Assembly: GCA_934772445.1 (NCBI GenBank)
Contig: CAKVMJ010000001.1
Span: 6,727-70,726 of the forward strand
From: an uncultured Clostridia bacterium
GTDB lineage: Bacteria > Bacillota > Clostridia > Christensenellales > UBA1242
Length of the DNA stretch: 64,000 bases
Direction: 5' to 3'
The translations under genes and the position numbers were made by a program. Shown in pieces: positions 19,801 through 34,800 of the stretch (position 1 is its first letter; each line of letters opens with the position of its first letter). The notes under the pieces were generated by a model. It was given only the letters and a program-made list of their open reading frames with translations, searched no databases and was not told where the DNA came from.

Positions 19801-22800
19801 CGAACCAGAAGCAGTTAAGCTATCATAAGTGTTATCTCCATTAATTCTATCTAATCTAGCAAAGCTATAGATTGAACCACCTTTAGAGTAACCTACAACG
19901 CCACCAACATAGTTAGTTCCGCCAACTCTTATTCCTCTATAAGAACCAGAGTAGCAAACTCCATGTAGATATCCTACGAATCCGCCAGTGTAATCTCCAC
20001 TAGCTGTAACTAAGATATTTAATCCGTTTTCATCTTTATTTGTTTTTAGTACCGCTTCAGCAGTTTCCATAGTAACAGCTTCTCCAGCAACACCACCTGT
20101 TTTAGTTCCGCCATTAACAGCTATATTTTCAATATTTCCGTTAACTTCTGCGTAACCAACATATCCGAAGGCACCACCAACATTACTATTACCATTGATT
20201 GAAGCAACACCATTTTGGATATCAACTCCACCACCAGTATAGCCAGATGTTGCACCAGAAACATATTTAGCATCTTGGTTAGCTCCATCAACTAATGGAT
20301 AATGATAAGCATAACTATTATTTGTTTTGTTAAAATCGTTATTTCTATCGTTTTGACCAAAGATTTCTTCATTGCCTGTTGATGGTTTTTTAACTGTATC
20401 AAATCCACCAGCAACATAACCAGCAACACCACCAATATATGCATTACCAGAAATGCTATATGTGGAATCACTAAATAATACTTGAATTCTTTCAACATCA
20501 ATACTTTCACAAACATAACCAGCAACACCACCAACATACGAGCCTGTGGAACTATCGCCAACAACTGTTACATTTGAAACTACAATAGATGTGTGAAGAT
20601 TTGTATTATTATTGAATGATGATTTCTTCTTTTTAAGAATACTACCATCAATATAACCTACAACACCGCCAACATAACTTGAACCAGTTATCTTCTGGTT
20701 TTCATTACCTTTTAATGAGAATTGACCAAGGATATCTCCTTCTTCAACCTTACCAGCAAATCCACCAACATAGGATAAACCATTGATTATAACTGAATCT
20801 GTGGTAACTGCTGCACCATTATATATATCTGCATAACAAGAATATCCAATAAATCCACCAACACAATCACTATTTGAAGAGATTGCTGAATTTTTAATAT
20901 CAATTCCACCGCTACCATATAGTGCAACTATAAATTCTCTTGGTTTATTATCTTTAGTTAAGTCAACGCCATATTTTAATAATACAGCACCAAATCCGCC
21001 ACCAACGCTTCTACCATTAGCAGTAAGATTTAAGTTATTTATCTCAAATCTATTCTTTTGATCGGCATCATCTCTTCTTAACGCACCAGAACCGCCACCT
21101 GCAAATGCATAAGTATTATTTCCATCGCCTGTTCCTGATGGTTTAATTCCTTCATATAAATACCAAGTTAGAGTTTTGCCTTGAACTTTATAATATTGAG
21201 AGAAATATGCATTAACTTCATCTTCGCTCAATGCTTTACCTGTTGCGTTAACTGTTGCATTATTTAACACAGTACTTGCAACATCGCCATAACCTACAAC
21301 GCCACCGACTGCATAAACACCTTCAACATTAGCATTATTCAATACAATTCTGCCAATGAAATTATCGCTATAACCAACTGCACCACCAACCATTGCATTA
21401 CCTTTAACAGTGATGTTTGCATTATTAGTTACTAGGTCAACACCTGCAACGATATTACCTTCACCAACAAGTCCGCCAACCCTATTTTGATTTGCTGATA
21501 CTTTAATAGTACCTGCAACCCAAACTAGGTTATCTTTTGTACTAGAAAGAGTATTACTACCCATTCCACCAACTAATCCACCAACTTTAACAGATTCAGC
21601 ATCTATAAATTCTTCAAGCCAACTTAAATAACGAGAATCTGAAGATTGTAATTCTTTTTGTTGACCATTTTCTGTAATCATCTTGCTTGGAAGAACAGCA
21701 ATATATGTGGAATTAACCATAATATTACTAAATGCTTCTAAGCCTCTAATATTATTATCAGCATTACCAACAAGTCCGCCAACGGATTTACCATTAGATG
21801 TTACATTAACACCGCTATCAGATATTAATGCGCCAACTTTATTTAATCTTAAACCAGCATAACCAATTGCGCCACCAGTGTTTGCACCTTTAGTTTGACC
21901 TCTATCATCAATTCTTGTTGAATTAACGAGTGTTATATTTCCAACATCAATATTATTATCTCCGTTGAAAATGAAATCTCCGCCAGATGCATCTTTATAT
22001 ATATCAGTGCTACCAATTGCACCACCAACATTATCACCATTTGCATTTAATGTTATGTTATAAGCCAAGATTCTGCGTTTTGCTCTATAGTATGGTTTTC
22101 CATCAACATCAGTTTCTGGAATTAATCCAACCTTTTCTTCATCAAAGTTTTTACTTATAAAGCTGCCGTTTGCATTTTTCTCATACGATAAGATTGTTTG
22201 ATTTACATGAGCTGAAAGCCTCATATAATCAGCAATCTTTCCGCCTGAAACTTTATATAACATAAAGCCTTCGAATGCACCAACTACGCCACCTATATTA
22301 TCGCCCATTGAAGAACTTAATGTTAGGTTTCTAACAGTTATTGTTCCACGCTCGCTTCCGCAATATGAATAATAACTTCCGCCATAAATATATGAACCGC
22401 CTGTGTTTGAAGTGGTTTTTGTGTAGTGTCCTAAATCCAAGGTTGATTTACCGAACGCACCACCAACATAATCACCTTGAGCATTAATTGTAACGGCATC
22501 AGCCATATTAATTCCGCCTACGGTAATTGTTCCATAAATTCCAACTTTTTGGTTTGCAAATTGCTTATCTGTACTGAAATTATCAACGAAATTATTTGTT
22601 GTAATCAATCCAGCAACACCACCAACAAAGCCTTCATTTGCATCTGTTTGGTCTTCTGCAAGCCTACCGCCTGTTAATTGCAATGCCTTAACACTAATAA
22701 CACCTGTAATTCCACCACGAATATATCCAGCAATACCGCCAACATATTTACCAGTTGTGGAAATTACCACATTATTAACATTCAACACTGCTGATAGTTT

Positions 22801-25800
22801 GCAATCTCTATTTGCACTAGAAACATTATCATCTCCAGCTTCTTTTGATTTATTATTTCTCCAAATGCTATTATCTCCAATACTTCCACTCATACCGCCA
22901 ACATAATCCATTGTTGAAGCAACATTTGTGTCTTGAACGAAAATTGTACCATCTAAAGCACCGCTAAATCCAGCAAGTCCGCCAACAAACGAACCTTGTG
23001 CTGTTACAGTTGTTTTATTAACAAATGTATTTGTTTCGTTTGAACCAGAAATTGAAGCATTTGAAATTTCCCTATAAACCTGACCTTGATCTTGAGTTTT
23101 ACCAACAAGATAAAGATTTAATTCACCAGCAATACCAAATCCACCACCAACAAACGCACCATCTAATAAAGTATGATTTTCTTTATGTACGCTTGCATTA
23201 AATGAACTTGTAACTGCATTACTTGTGTTTTTATCAACATCTAATTGAACATTTGATGCCATACCAGTTAATTGTCCTGCGATACCACCTAGGAATACGC
23301 CATTTGTTGTTGCGTTTATATCCTTAGCAATAACATCATAAAGCATACTAACCGAACCTGCAACACCACCAACATAAGAATAATTTTTCTTATAATTTCT
23401 AACCGCACTTGAGAATTTAGATTTTAAGTTATCCTTAATCTCTTCAAGTTCTCTGATTATATCTAGAACTTCATCTCTATTTTCAATCGCATCTTTCAAT
23501 GTTTCATTGAATTTAGTTTTATAACCATCGGCTTGTTTTTTCAATGTTTCTAATTCGTTTAACTCATTCTTCAAATCGCTTGATTTCTCAATTGCAGAGA
23601 TTAACTTATCTCCTTGAGATTGCAATGTTTGAATTTGTTTTGTTAAACTATTTATTTCTTCTTGAGCATATTTGCAAACTATATCAATAGCACTCTTTTC
23701 TAATGCTTTATATCTACTTACAAATTGACTCTTAGAATAACGGCGAATTTCCACATTGCCCTCACTATCTGTAATTCTTTGAGGAGTGATTAATTCGTTA
23801 TAATCTTTCTTTAATTTAGAAAGTTCGCTTTCAAGTTTTGATTTATTTGAACTTGATAGAAGAGGTTTGAACCCTGCAATTTTTCCAGTTGAGCCAAAGT
23901 AGTTAGAACTTAAAGCCGAACTTGAAACGCTACCAGATGCATATCTTGAGTAAACACTCTCAGCATCGTTTGCAACATAAACATAATTGCCTGCTTTATT
24001 TTTGAAGGTATGCATTGAATTTTCAACTTTAGCAGATTTTTCAGCAAGCTTATCTATCTCGGCCGAAATATTATCATAAGCTGTTGAATCACCTTCTTGA
24101 AGTTTTTGTTGTAGTTCCTTCTTTTTATTGCTTATATATTTATTAATTGCATTAATTATCTTATTAACTTGATTAATTATATTACTATTGATTTCATCTA
24201 TAAAGTCATTAAATAATTCTGCATCATTAGCAATTTCTAATAAGCCAATATAATAATCTCTTTCTTCTTTATTCAAATCTTGTTTATCAAAGTATTGCTC
24301 TTTATTTTTCATTAGAGTGATTAACTCTTCCAAACTTTGTTCAACTTGAGGCTTTAATGTGTTTGACAACATTGAATAATCAATTAAATCAATATTACTA
24401 AATTCTTCAGCATTCCTATAAGGTTCTACCATCGCATTTAATGATTCACAATCATTAATTGTTTTTTCAATTTGGTCTAGCAATTTTTCAAATGCTTTTC
24501 TAAGTCTTGAATCTAAGCTATCACCAACACTCTCTATTTGAGATGTTACATCTGCTTTTGTGATATTTGATTGTTCGATGTCTGATGCCATACCAGCCAT
24601 ACCACCAACATATCTTCCTTTAGCAGATACATTTATATCTTCAGCATTAACATTATCTAGTAATTCGCCAAGACCTGCAATACCGCCAACATAATCTGCT
24701 TTACCAGATGTTGAAACTCTAATAGTTAGAGCATTACTTTCTGTGATTGATGCACTACTATAACCAGCAACACCACCTATAAAGCCCATACCTTGATCGT
24801 TTGCCATAGATGAAACAGATAATTCTTTAACATTGATAGTTTGAATATCGCTACCAGCATAACCTGCAACACCACCAACGAAGTTTCCGCCTTCAACTGA
24901 ATCATCTCTAGTTGTACCAGCAGTAACACTTACATTTTTCATATCATAAATCAATGCTGTTTGTGCGCTATATTCACTATAGATTAAGCCATAAGCATAA
25001 CCTGCAACACCGCCAACATAATTACCTAAGCCTTTAATTGTGATAGCACCATTGCCACTACTTGATGGAGCAACTCTAAATCTATAAATTGTTCCATAAA
25101 CTTTACCAACAACGCCACCAACATAATCGCTATTACCAGAAACTGAAACTGAGCCATTACCAGCAACAACATAAGGTTTTGTAATATCTAAGCTAGCATA
25201 TCCTGCGATACCACCAACATAATCTGCTCTATTCTTTTCATCTTGATAACCAACATTTGAATCAATTAAGCAAACAGATTCCAATGTTCCTTCTGCAGAA
25301 CCAACCACACCACCAATGTAATCTCCATTTCCTGTGATTGTGGAGTTTGCAACAAATGTATGAGAAATTAGATATGTTTCTTCTTGACCAATTGTACCAG
25401 ATTGAACATAACCAATCATACCACCAGTCATCTCGCCTGAGTTTGTGATTGTACAACCAATTACGCAAGCAGATTGAATACTTGAAGATGATGAACCAGC
25501 AATACCACCAACCAAGCTTGAACTTTCATCAATACCTGTGATATTAGATTTATAAATAGCAACACCGCTTGAGATTGAACCATTATTAACACCAACCATT
25601 CCGCCGATATTCATAATGCCAGAGATATTAACTCCGCTTTCCATTGCAGAACCAACCATAACAGCACCATAGCCTCCGCCAATTGTACCGCTATTAACAC
25701 CTGCAATAGCACCTGCATTACTACCATAGTTATTATTAAATGCACCAATTGTTGAATTTGTAACTTTTACATTTCCGATTGTTCCAAAGTTTTTAGAAGC

Positions 25801-28800
25801 AATAATACCAATATTATTTTTTCTTGATTGGATTGTACAACCACCAGCGAAAATCCAATTCAATGAACCTTCATTTTCACCAACCACAATTGCAACATCT
25901 TTATCATAATCTAATTGTTCATCAGTTAAACTTAAAGACTTGAATGTGATACCAGCGATTGTTCCGCTATTAACATCAAATAATGGTCCTTTAAGTTCGA
26001 AACCTGTTAATGTGATTCTAAATCCAATAAATTCTTCTGTTATATCTTTGAAATTGATAGGCTCTTCAGCAACTGTTCCTAAATTATAAACCTTTGCTTG
26101 AGTGCTATCATTTAAGATATAAACTGGGTAATCAATTCTATCTTGCAATCTTAAATCTTTATATCCATAAATATCTGAAGTTAATAAATATCTTGCAAAA
26201 TCTCTTTCACTCTTAATAATATATGAATTTGATTTTTGTTGGAATAGATTATATGTACTACCCTCTAAAACAGAATTTGGTTTTGATGGGAATATATTTT
26301 CAATATCGCCATCTTTTGCTTGTCCGTTTGGATAATTTATTGTACCCTCTTCTGCATTTACATAAATCTCATTTGAATCATTATCAACATTATAAACAAG
26401 TTTTGCTTCAATACCTGTTGGAATAACAACACCTTGTCTTGAATTATATAAATAATAGTTTGTATCTCTATAAGATTTATCCCAAATATTATTTCCTTCA
26501 TCATCAATATTAATGAAATATGAAATATTCTTATCTAGCAAGTCATCTGTTTTTGCATTATTGAATGTGTTAGTTCCGGTATCTGAAGTTCTATAAGTTT
26601 GGACCTCAGCATTTTTATCAATAGTTATTTCAATACCAACTAAGTCAACTTTATAATCAATAAATTCCATAGCGTGGAAACTTTGAGAGATTCCGCTATA
26701 ACTTCTAGTTCTATTGATATAAGCTAATCCCACTGCAACTAATGAATCTTTTCTTTCACCTGTTGGAATTTGGTCATCATTTGTTGCATCGGTAATAGTG
26801 ATATCATAATTCTTAACATCACCATTATAAGTTGTGTGATATTTTGCAACCCAATCAGTATTAGCAGTTGAATAACAATCTTTAATAATACCAGCATTTT
26901 CATAAACAAATCCGCTAACAACTAAATCTTGTTTTACTATATCTTTTTGAGTTTGAATATCTTTTTCTCTATATACATTACCAATAATCATACCAGTATA
27001 AGTTACAACCGCACCACTTCTATAAATATCTGAATTATTATTCTTTAAGAAGCTTGAAACGATTGTTGGATTATCATAGTTTCCAGAACCATTTATGTCA
27101 CTTGTAACTTCACCGAATGTTACACAGTTAAATACTCTACCATTGTTTGTTCCGATGAAGCTATATTCACTTGCATCTTCCATAACTTTAATAGCAAATC
27201 CAGAGATTATACCTGTGCTTTCTAAAGTATCAATCTTACAAGAAGATAAGATTGGATAATCCTTACCTCTATTTGCTGAAATTAGAGGTGTGTTTTCTTG
27301 AGAATTTGTTAAATCTTTATTTCTACCAACCATAACGCCTGCAAATTCTTGAGGAACAGTTACATCAGCATCATCTATTAGGATATAATAACCTTCTGGT
27401 GCTAGAGTTGGATTTCCTAAAACGATTTCTGGATTTAATTTAGTACCAGTTTTGAAATCAAATTTTCCTAATTCAACTGGATTTAACATTGTAGCCAAAC
27501 AATTTACTTGTGAGAAGTTTCCGTTTGTACCCATTTGGATAGAAACAAATTCATCTCCTTCAAGTTTGTTTCCACTAAGTTCGATGAAATCTGCATAGCC
27601 AATTGCTATAGTACCATTTTTAGAATTATCTAAATCTGTATATGAATCATAATCATAAGCTTTAGATAATATTTCTGTACTCATAGCCACATCTGCATAT
27701 TTAGCATAGAATTCTGCTACGAAATATACTTCGCTTGTGTTATCTGAATTACAAATTGAAGCAATTGTATTTAGGTTTGCATTATATGTTACCTCAACAT
27801 TAACATTATTTAAACCATCTTTATCATTTTCACAAACAAATCTTGCAATAGAATAACCTTTTCTAAGCTCAATAGTTGTTAAACTTGCAGAACCAATAAT
27901 ACCACCGATATTATTATAGAAATCACTTCTTGAATAGTAATAAATATCACCATACATAACAAAGTTTGTAATTTGAACAACTTTAGCAAAACCGATAAGT
28001 CCGCCAATATTCATTTCAACTAAGTTACTTTCAACTGCTTGAACATCACCTGCGTTGTAAACAAATGAATAAGTACCATTATCTGAATAACCTACAAGTC
28101 CGCCAAGGTTTATGATACCAACAGAATCAAGAATATCTCCATTTACGGCTTTAACCTTTGATGTTGAAACATTACCAAGGTTAAACATATTAGTTACCAC
28201 ATTTCCGCTTGCTTTATTGTAACCAATCAAGCCTCCGATATATGCGTTATCTTTCACACCCTCTAAGATGCTTACATCAATATCTGAATAGTTTCCATAT
28301 TCATTTTCTGTTTGTTTATTTCCAGAAATTGAACAATTATCTTGAACATAACCTACAAGTCCGCCAACATAATTATAGAAATAATGAGCATTAACTTTAA
28401 TCTTTGAAATATTTAATCTACCAGCTTTTGCATTTACAACATTGGTATATAACATACTTCCAGATATTCCACCAACATAGATTGAATATGTTGAAGCTTT
28501 TGAAACTTCCTCAACACCATCTCTTTGAAGGTTTATATCTATTCCATAATTATTTGAAACATTTGTGATAGTTGAATAACTTGTGGAAGCAACGATACCA
28601 CCAAAATACATATCAAAGTAAACGCCATATCTTCTCATATTATAAGTATAATTTGAGTTAATATCATAATCAGCATTAATATTAATATTTTTTAATTCAA
28701 CATTACTAATAGAGTTTGAATTAGATTTTGCAACAACACCTGCAAAATTCAAATCTATCTTATTATCAATAATCCTTCCATAATTAACTAAAGCATTAAA

Positions 28801-31800
28801 TACAAGCTTATTAGCTTTTGCTTCAACTATTATATTATATAAACTTGAACTTTGAGCAAGACCGATTAATCCACCAATTGTGGAAGCAGTACCTGTTCTC
28901 ACTTCAATAGCTTCAATGTTATTATCAAATATCAACTTAATATTGCCATTTTCTTTACCAACGATATTACTTGCTGTAACTTCACCAAAGATTACACCAA
29001 AGTTTTGAATATTATTAAAGCCTTCCTCAATTTCGTTATAAGCTAATTCAAATTTTAAATTTCCATTTGATTTAATTGTGAATGTACATTCCTCAATTGT
29101 AGATAAATTAACTCTTGTTGCAATTATACCGAAGTTGCCATTTTCAGAGCCATAAATCTTACCTACATTTCGGCTATTATCAATTTCTATTTCGAAATCA
29201 ATATCTTTTAATACTGCACCATTAAGTTCGTTTAACAATGCATAAACGCTATAATATTCATCATCAACAATTTGACCTGTTTTTAGAACTACTATAGGTT
29301 TTCTACCATCTTCATCAACTAAGCCATTTAATACGCCTCTAAATACAGTATTAAATCTTGCATAGTTTGAACGATTTGAGATTTGAGTTAAGTCGATAAT
29401 ATATTTACCATCATAACTTGCATCTGCATAAACATCTGTGCTAACAGTTTCCATAGTATAGAATCTAGCATTATCTGGTTTAGATAAAGCATCAATCAAT
29501 TCTTGACTATTTGTGATTGTTGCAAAGTTTGAATATCCTGCAAGTTTATATTTAGCTAAATATTCATCACTAGCTTTCATCCAAACATAATTTTCTCTTG
29601 CAGTAAGATTCTCAGGATTTACTAATGTTGCATTAATCTTATAATCAACTTCCCTTTGTCCGTTTCCATCAATTGCATAAGAGCCATCAGCATTATATTT
29701 ATAAATTGTATAAACATTTGTAAATAAGTTTACTGAACTCATCTTATCAATTGTTTCATTGGTTGAACCAGAAGGAAGAGTATCAACATTCTCATAGAAG
29801 CCTGTAATATTTTGAAGATATTGTTGAGTGCTGGTTGGTTTACCATTCTCAACCATTATGCTTGTGTATTTATAATCACCAAATACTTCGCCGATAGATT
29901 TATTATCTATCTTCTCAGCTTTAGTTACACCATTTGAAAATAACTCTGCATTAGCCAAATTATAAGTGGTTGTTCTTGATGTTGATGGCAATGTTTGATT
30001 TATAACACCATAAATCATACTTAAATTTTCATCATCAGCATTACCACTAGTGGTTAATGTGGCATAAGTTGTTGAAACAACTCCATTGAAGTATGAACCA
30101 AATTCATTACCAGTTAAATCACCAGTTTTATCTTGCTTAATGAAACCATATCTATCAATTACAGAATTTTCACTATAATTTATAAATGCACCTGTGGTTG
30201 TGTTTGTGATGATATTATTATCAACCATAACACTACCAATCAATGAACCAACATAAGTAAATGAACTTGAATTATTCTTATAACTTAAGTTTGCATTTTC
30301 AACTGCATCCATATTGTAATAAGTATATTCATTTTCTTTACCAGCCACTTGTTGTCTGCCAATTCTTGAATAAGATGTGATTTGTTGGTTACCAATTTCA
30401 GCCATTCTTAATGTGAATTTATAATCAACATTTGCATCTGTGAATAAATGAGAAACATTATTTTCAAGAGCAGTTCTAACCTTTCCGCCCCATTTATTTA
30501 AGCTTATAATATGTTCAAGATATAGAGCATAATTTAAGTTGAATGTTGAATGAGTTTCATCATCTTCATCAATAGCACCAACATAATAATAACCAACTGT
30601 ACCACCAACAATCTCATTTGCATAAACAGAAGATGTGGTATAAGAATATCCAATTAATGTAAAGTTTTCAGCATAACCGATTAATCCACCAGCAATTAAA
30701 GCATAATCACTTGTGATTGGAACTTTAACCATTGAATCATAAATTGTACCGCCATTATTATAACCAGCAATACCACCAATAGAAATAATCTTACCTCTAT
30801 AGTTTTCTGTATCAACAGTAAATAAACCACTTGTTTCAACAGATTCATTAACTTTTCCTAAGTTATTCCAATTATTTATTTCAGCATCAAATACAGTTTG
30901 AGTTTCGTTTTCATATAAAACTTGAGCTTTTTCAATAACACCCTTATTTTCTGCAACGATACCGCCACCATAGTTCTTTGCTTTAATTCCAATTTTCTTC
31001 TCATTATTTGGAGAATAAATTGCAACATTTGAAATCTTTGAATTACTACCTAAGTAACCAAATAATCCACCTGCATTTTCTGCGAATATATCAAATTCAC
31101 CTTTAACTGATACATCAGAGATTGTTGCTTTAGTTGCAGTGTAAACACCTTCATTAAAGCCATCATTCTTGATTGAATTTTCAATTCTCTCGCTTTCGTT
31201 TGAATCAATATTGCTATCTATATAAACAAGACCTGCAACTGAACCTGCATAAGAAAGTGAGCCAATCTTATTACTAATATAACTATTTAAAGAAGTATCA
31301 TTCTTATTTTCAATATCAACCAACGCATAAGATTTAATAACAGTGTGATCCATTTGAGTGGTTGCAAATTTCTTATATGTACCATAAGGGTTTGTATAAG
31401 CACTTGTATAGATTAAATCTTCATAAGTTGAACGAACTTTCAAATCTTTAACTTCAATATCATAGATATTAGTTCTATCTGCATTTAGTTCAACTGTATC
31501 ATCAATAATTAATCCTGCAATACCACCTACTAAGTTTTTACCTTTAACAACTGCGGATTCATTATTAGATGAAGTTAGGTTTACATTTATAATTGTACTA
31601 TTATAAATACTACCTGCTAATATACCTGCTTTATCTGGAGTGGTTTGTACACCTAGATATGCAACTAAATCAATATTTAAGTTTTTAATAACAGCACCAG
31701 CATAAGAATCTGTGATACCTAATTTATTTCTATTATCAACATTCAAACCAATTTGATTAAATAAACCAAAGTTATGAGAATTTATATTTGCTTCTGTTTC

Positions 31801-34800
31801 GTTTTTGAATGTTAAATTCAAGTTGTTAATACTTAGTCCGTTTCCTTCTAAGTTGCCTAGGAATACAACTTCTCTTAGAAGTACACCGCTCTTAGGTGTG
31901 TTCCAAATATTAACTTCATTTTCAATAGCAAAATCTAAATCGTTGATTTGTCTAATATAATTAATAGTTTTGAATGTGTCGGTATCTTGCTCTTCAGCAG
32001 TTTTACCAAAAATTCTTACTGTTCTATTATCATTACCTGTATAAGTTTTAGAATTTTCAATTATGAAATTAACAAATTGTTCTGCTGTGCTTACAAGCAA
32101 AGGATTTTGTCTTGTACCATACTCGTAATTATCTGCGTATTTATAATTATAAGTATATTGTGCACGCTCAATCAATGTTAATTCACTAAAGTCTAGTTCT
32201 GAATCAACGCCAGCATCTTTATCATAGATAACTTCGCCAGTTTCTTCGTTTATCATACCAGAAAGTATTCTATGAGAGAATGTTTCAACTAAGCTTGTAT
32301 TGCAAAGTTTTGGGCCAAGTTCAGTCATAGTCCATACTGAATTTTCTTCATCATCTAAGAAGATAAATCCAATAAAGAAGTTTGATTGTTCAAATTCTGG
32401 AGTGTTTCCAGTTTTCTTATTTTTCACGCCTGAAATGCCAACTGCTTTTTCATAAGGAAGTTCGCTTTCGCCTTCGCCAACTAGATAATAACAATCAATA
32501 AATTCGGCAGTGTTACCCCCTTCTTCATCTAGCCATCTATTAAATGCACCGTGAGCAAGAGAACCGCTATTACCTGCTTTTATTGCGGTGTTATAACTTG
32601 TTGTATAAGCATTCTTAATCGAACCTGTATTATCATAAACAAATCCGCTTGAATTTGAAGAATGAGTTTTTAGCGCAACTGCACTATAAGCATTTTCAAT
32701 AGAACCAGTATTTGAATAAACAAATCCGCTTACATTATTTTCACTTGAAACTGCATAGTCTTGAGTTGTTCTATATTTATCTGAATTTTGATTAAATTCA
32801 TAACCTTCAACAAATGAATTTAAAATCTTACCTGTGTTTTCAACAACGAATGCACCAGTTTCGTTATAATCAACACCTTTATAAGCATTTTCAATTCCAA
32901 CTGCTTTCGCAAATGTGGAAGAAATAATATTTGTATTTTGAACTGCTATTCCAGCAATTCTACCAGAACCTGCTAATTTAAATGGATTTACGGTTAATGT
33001 AGCTGATTCACCTTCACCATTTATATTTCTAACACCTTCTTCAGAAATTTTATTTTTCCAAATTGAAATCTCATTATTTATTTGAAGATTATTGTTTTCA
33101 TCAGTAGTTAAAATATTATTAATACCAACGAATGAATTTGTAATTGCACCATTATTAATAGCTGTGATACCACCAAATGATAATTTAGTGTTTACGCCAT
33201 CAATAATACCACTTGTTAGGATATGAATATTAACATCTTTCATATCACCTTTACCTGTTGAAATAACTTTGATATTTGTTACGCTACCATTATTAACACC
33301 AGCTAACACACCAAAATTTACTTCTTTATTAAATGCTAAGTCTAATTTATGGCTTGAAACTGTGTTGTTATAAGTACCAAGATTTTCAGCGATATCAGCA
33401 CTTGTTACAAAGTTATTTATATACTTATAAACAAGGTTTGTATCATCAGTTGTATATTTCTTAATATCTTCATCACTAGTTAATAACGAACCAATATCAA
33501 TTATCATATTTTTAACGATTGGTGTGCCTGTTTTACCTGTTGAAACATCTGTATATAATTCAACAATTTCACTAAACAAACCAACATTAACTGTTTCCAA
33601 ACCTCTTGATTCTCTTAAATCAAAGCTATCGATTTTTAAGATATATCCATTACCATCTAATGATGCCATATTACCAACTCTTGGAATATAATTTTCCAAA
33701 GTGATATCATTCATCATTATATAATGTTGACCTTCAAGCATTTTCTCAAAATCATCTTGAGAATAGATTGGATTTGGATGATCATAAGTTGTATTTTCTT
33801 TAACAACTAAGTCAAATTCATATTCAATAGAATATAGATTATATTTACAATCTAATTTCTTATCATAAATTCTTGATCTATAGCCATCGTTTTCATAAAC
33901 ATAATTATCATCATTCATTTCATCATCATTGATAACATAAGATCTAATTTCACCATCTGCATCGTAGAAGTAATCAAATCTAACAACAATTGTTCCAACA
34001 TTACCAACATTTATAGCTTTTAATGAATAATAATAGAAATTATATTTTGTACCATTGATAACTTTTGTTTTTGTTTCGGCTTTAAAGATATAGCCTCCAC
34101 AATTCATACCATCAACTAATTTAATTTCGCTTACTTCACCATCGTTATTTAGAACTTTATAATAGAAGTTTGCCTTAGAACCTGTAACGAATGTTTTTGT
34201 TCCATCTTCTTCAATATAAATTCCACTAATAGCAAATTGTGCTTTTTCTTTATTAGAGAAATCCATCATTGAATATCTATTTGTAATATCAATAAATTGA
34301 CCATATAAGTTTACAAAGTCAGCATCGTTTTGACTTGCATCAAATCTATATAATTTATATTCATTAATATTATATATTCTATTCTTATATAAAACTATAG
34401 AGCAAACTTGTTTTTCATAACCATTACCATTCTCGCCTAGAATTTCTTTAATTTCTTCCAAGTTATAGAATCTTTCAACCGGTACTGCAACTCTGAAGTA
34501 TTCATATTTAGTATAATTACTTTCTGCTTCACCTATTGTTAGATTTAAATGGTTTTGGCTATTAAATTTCCAGTAGATTTCCTTTTCTCCACCTTTGAAT
34601 AATCCACCATTTTCAATCATATATTTTAAGCTATAATATCTTTGCTCATTTGCATAGTAATATTGAATATAATCAAGATAAGATTCACCTAAAATATTTT
34701 CAGCACTAAATGTTACACCATTAATTTCAAATTTGAAATCTAATTCTGCAAAATCATTTAGAGTTAGAGGATCACCATTAGTTTGACCCGGAATAATATC

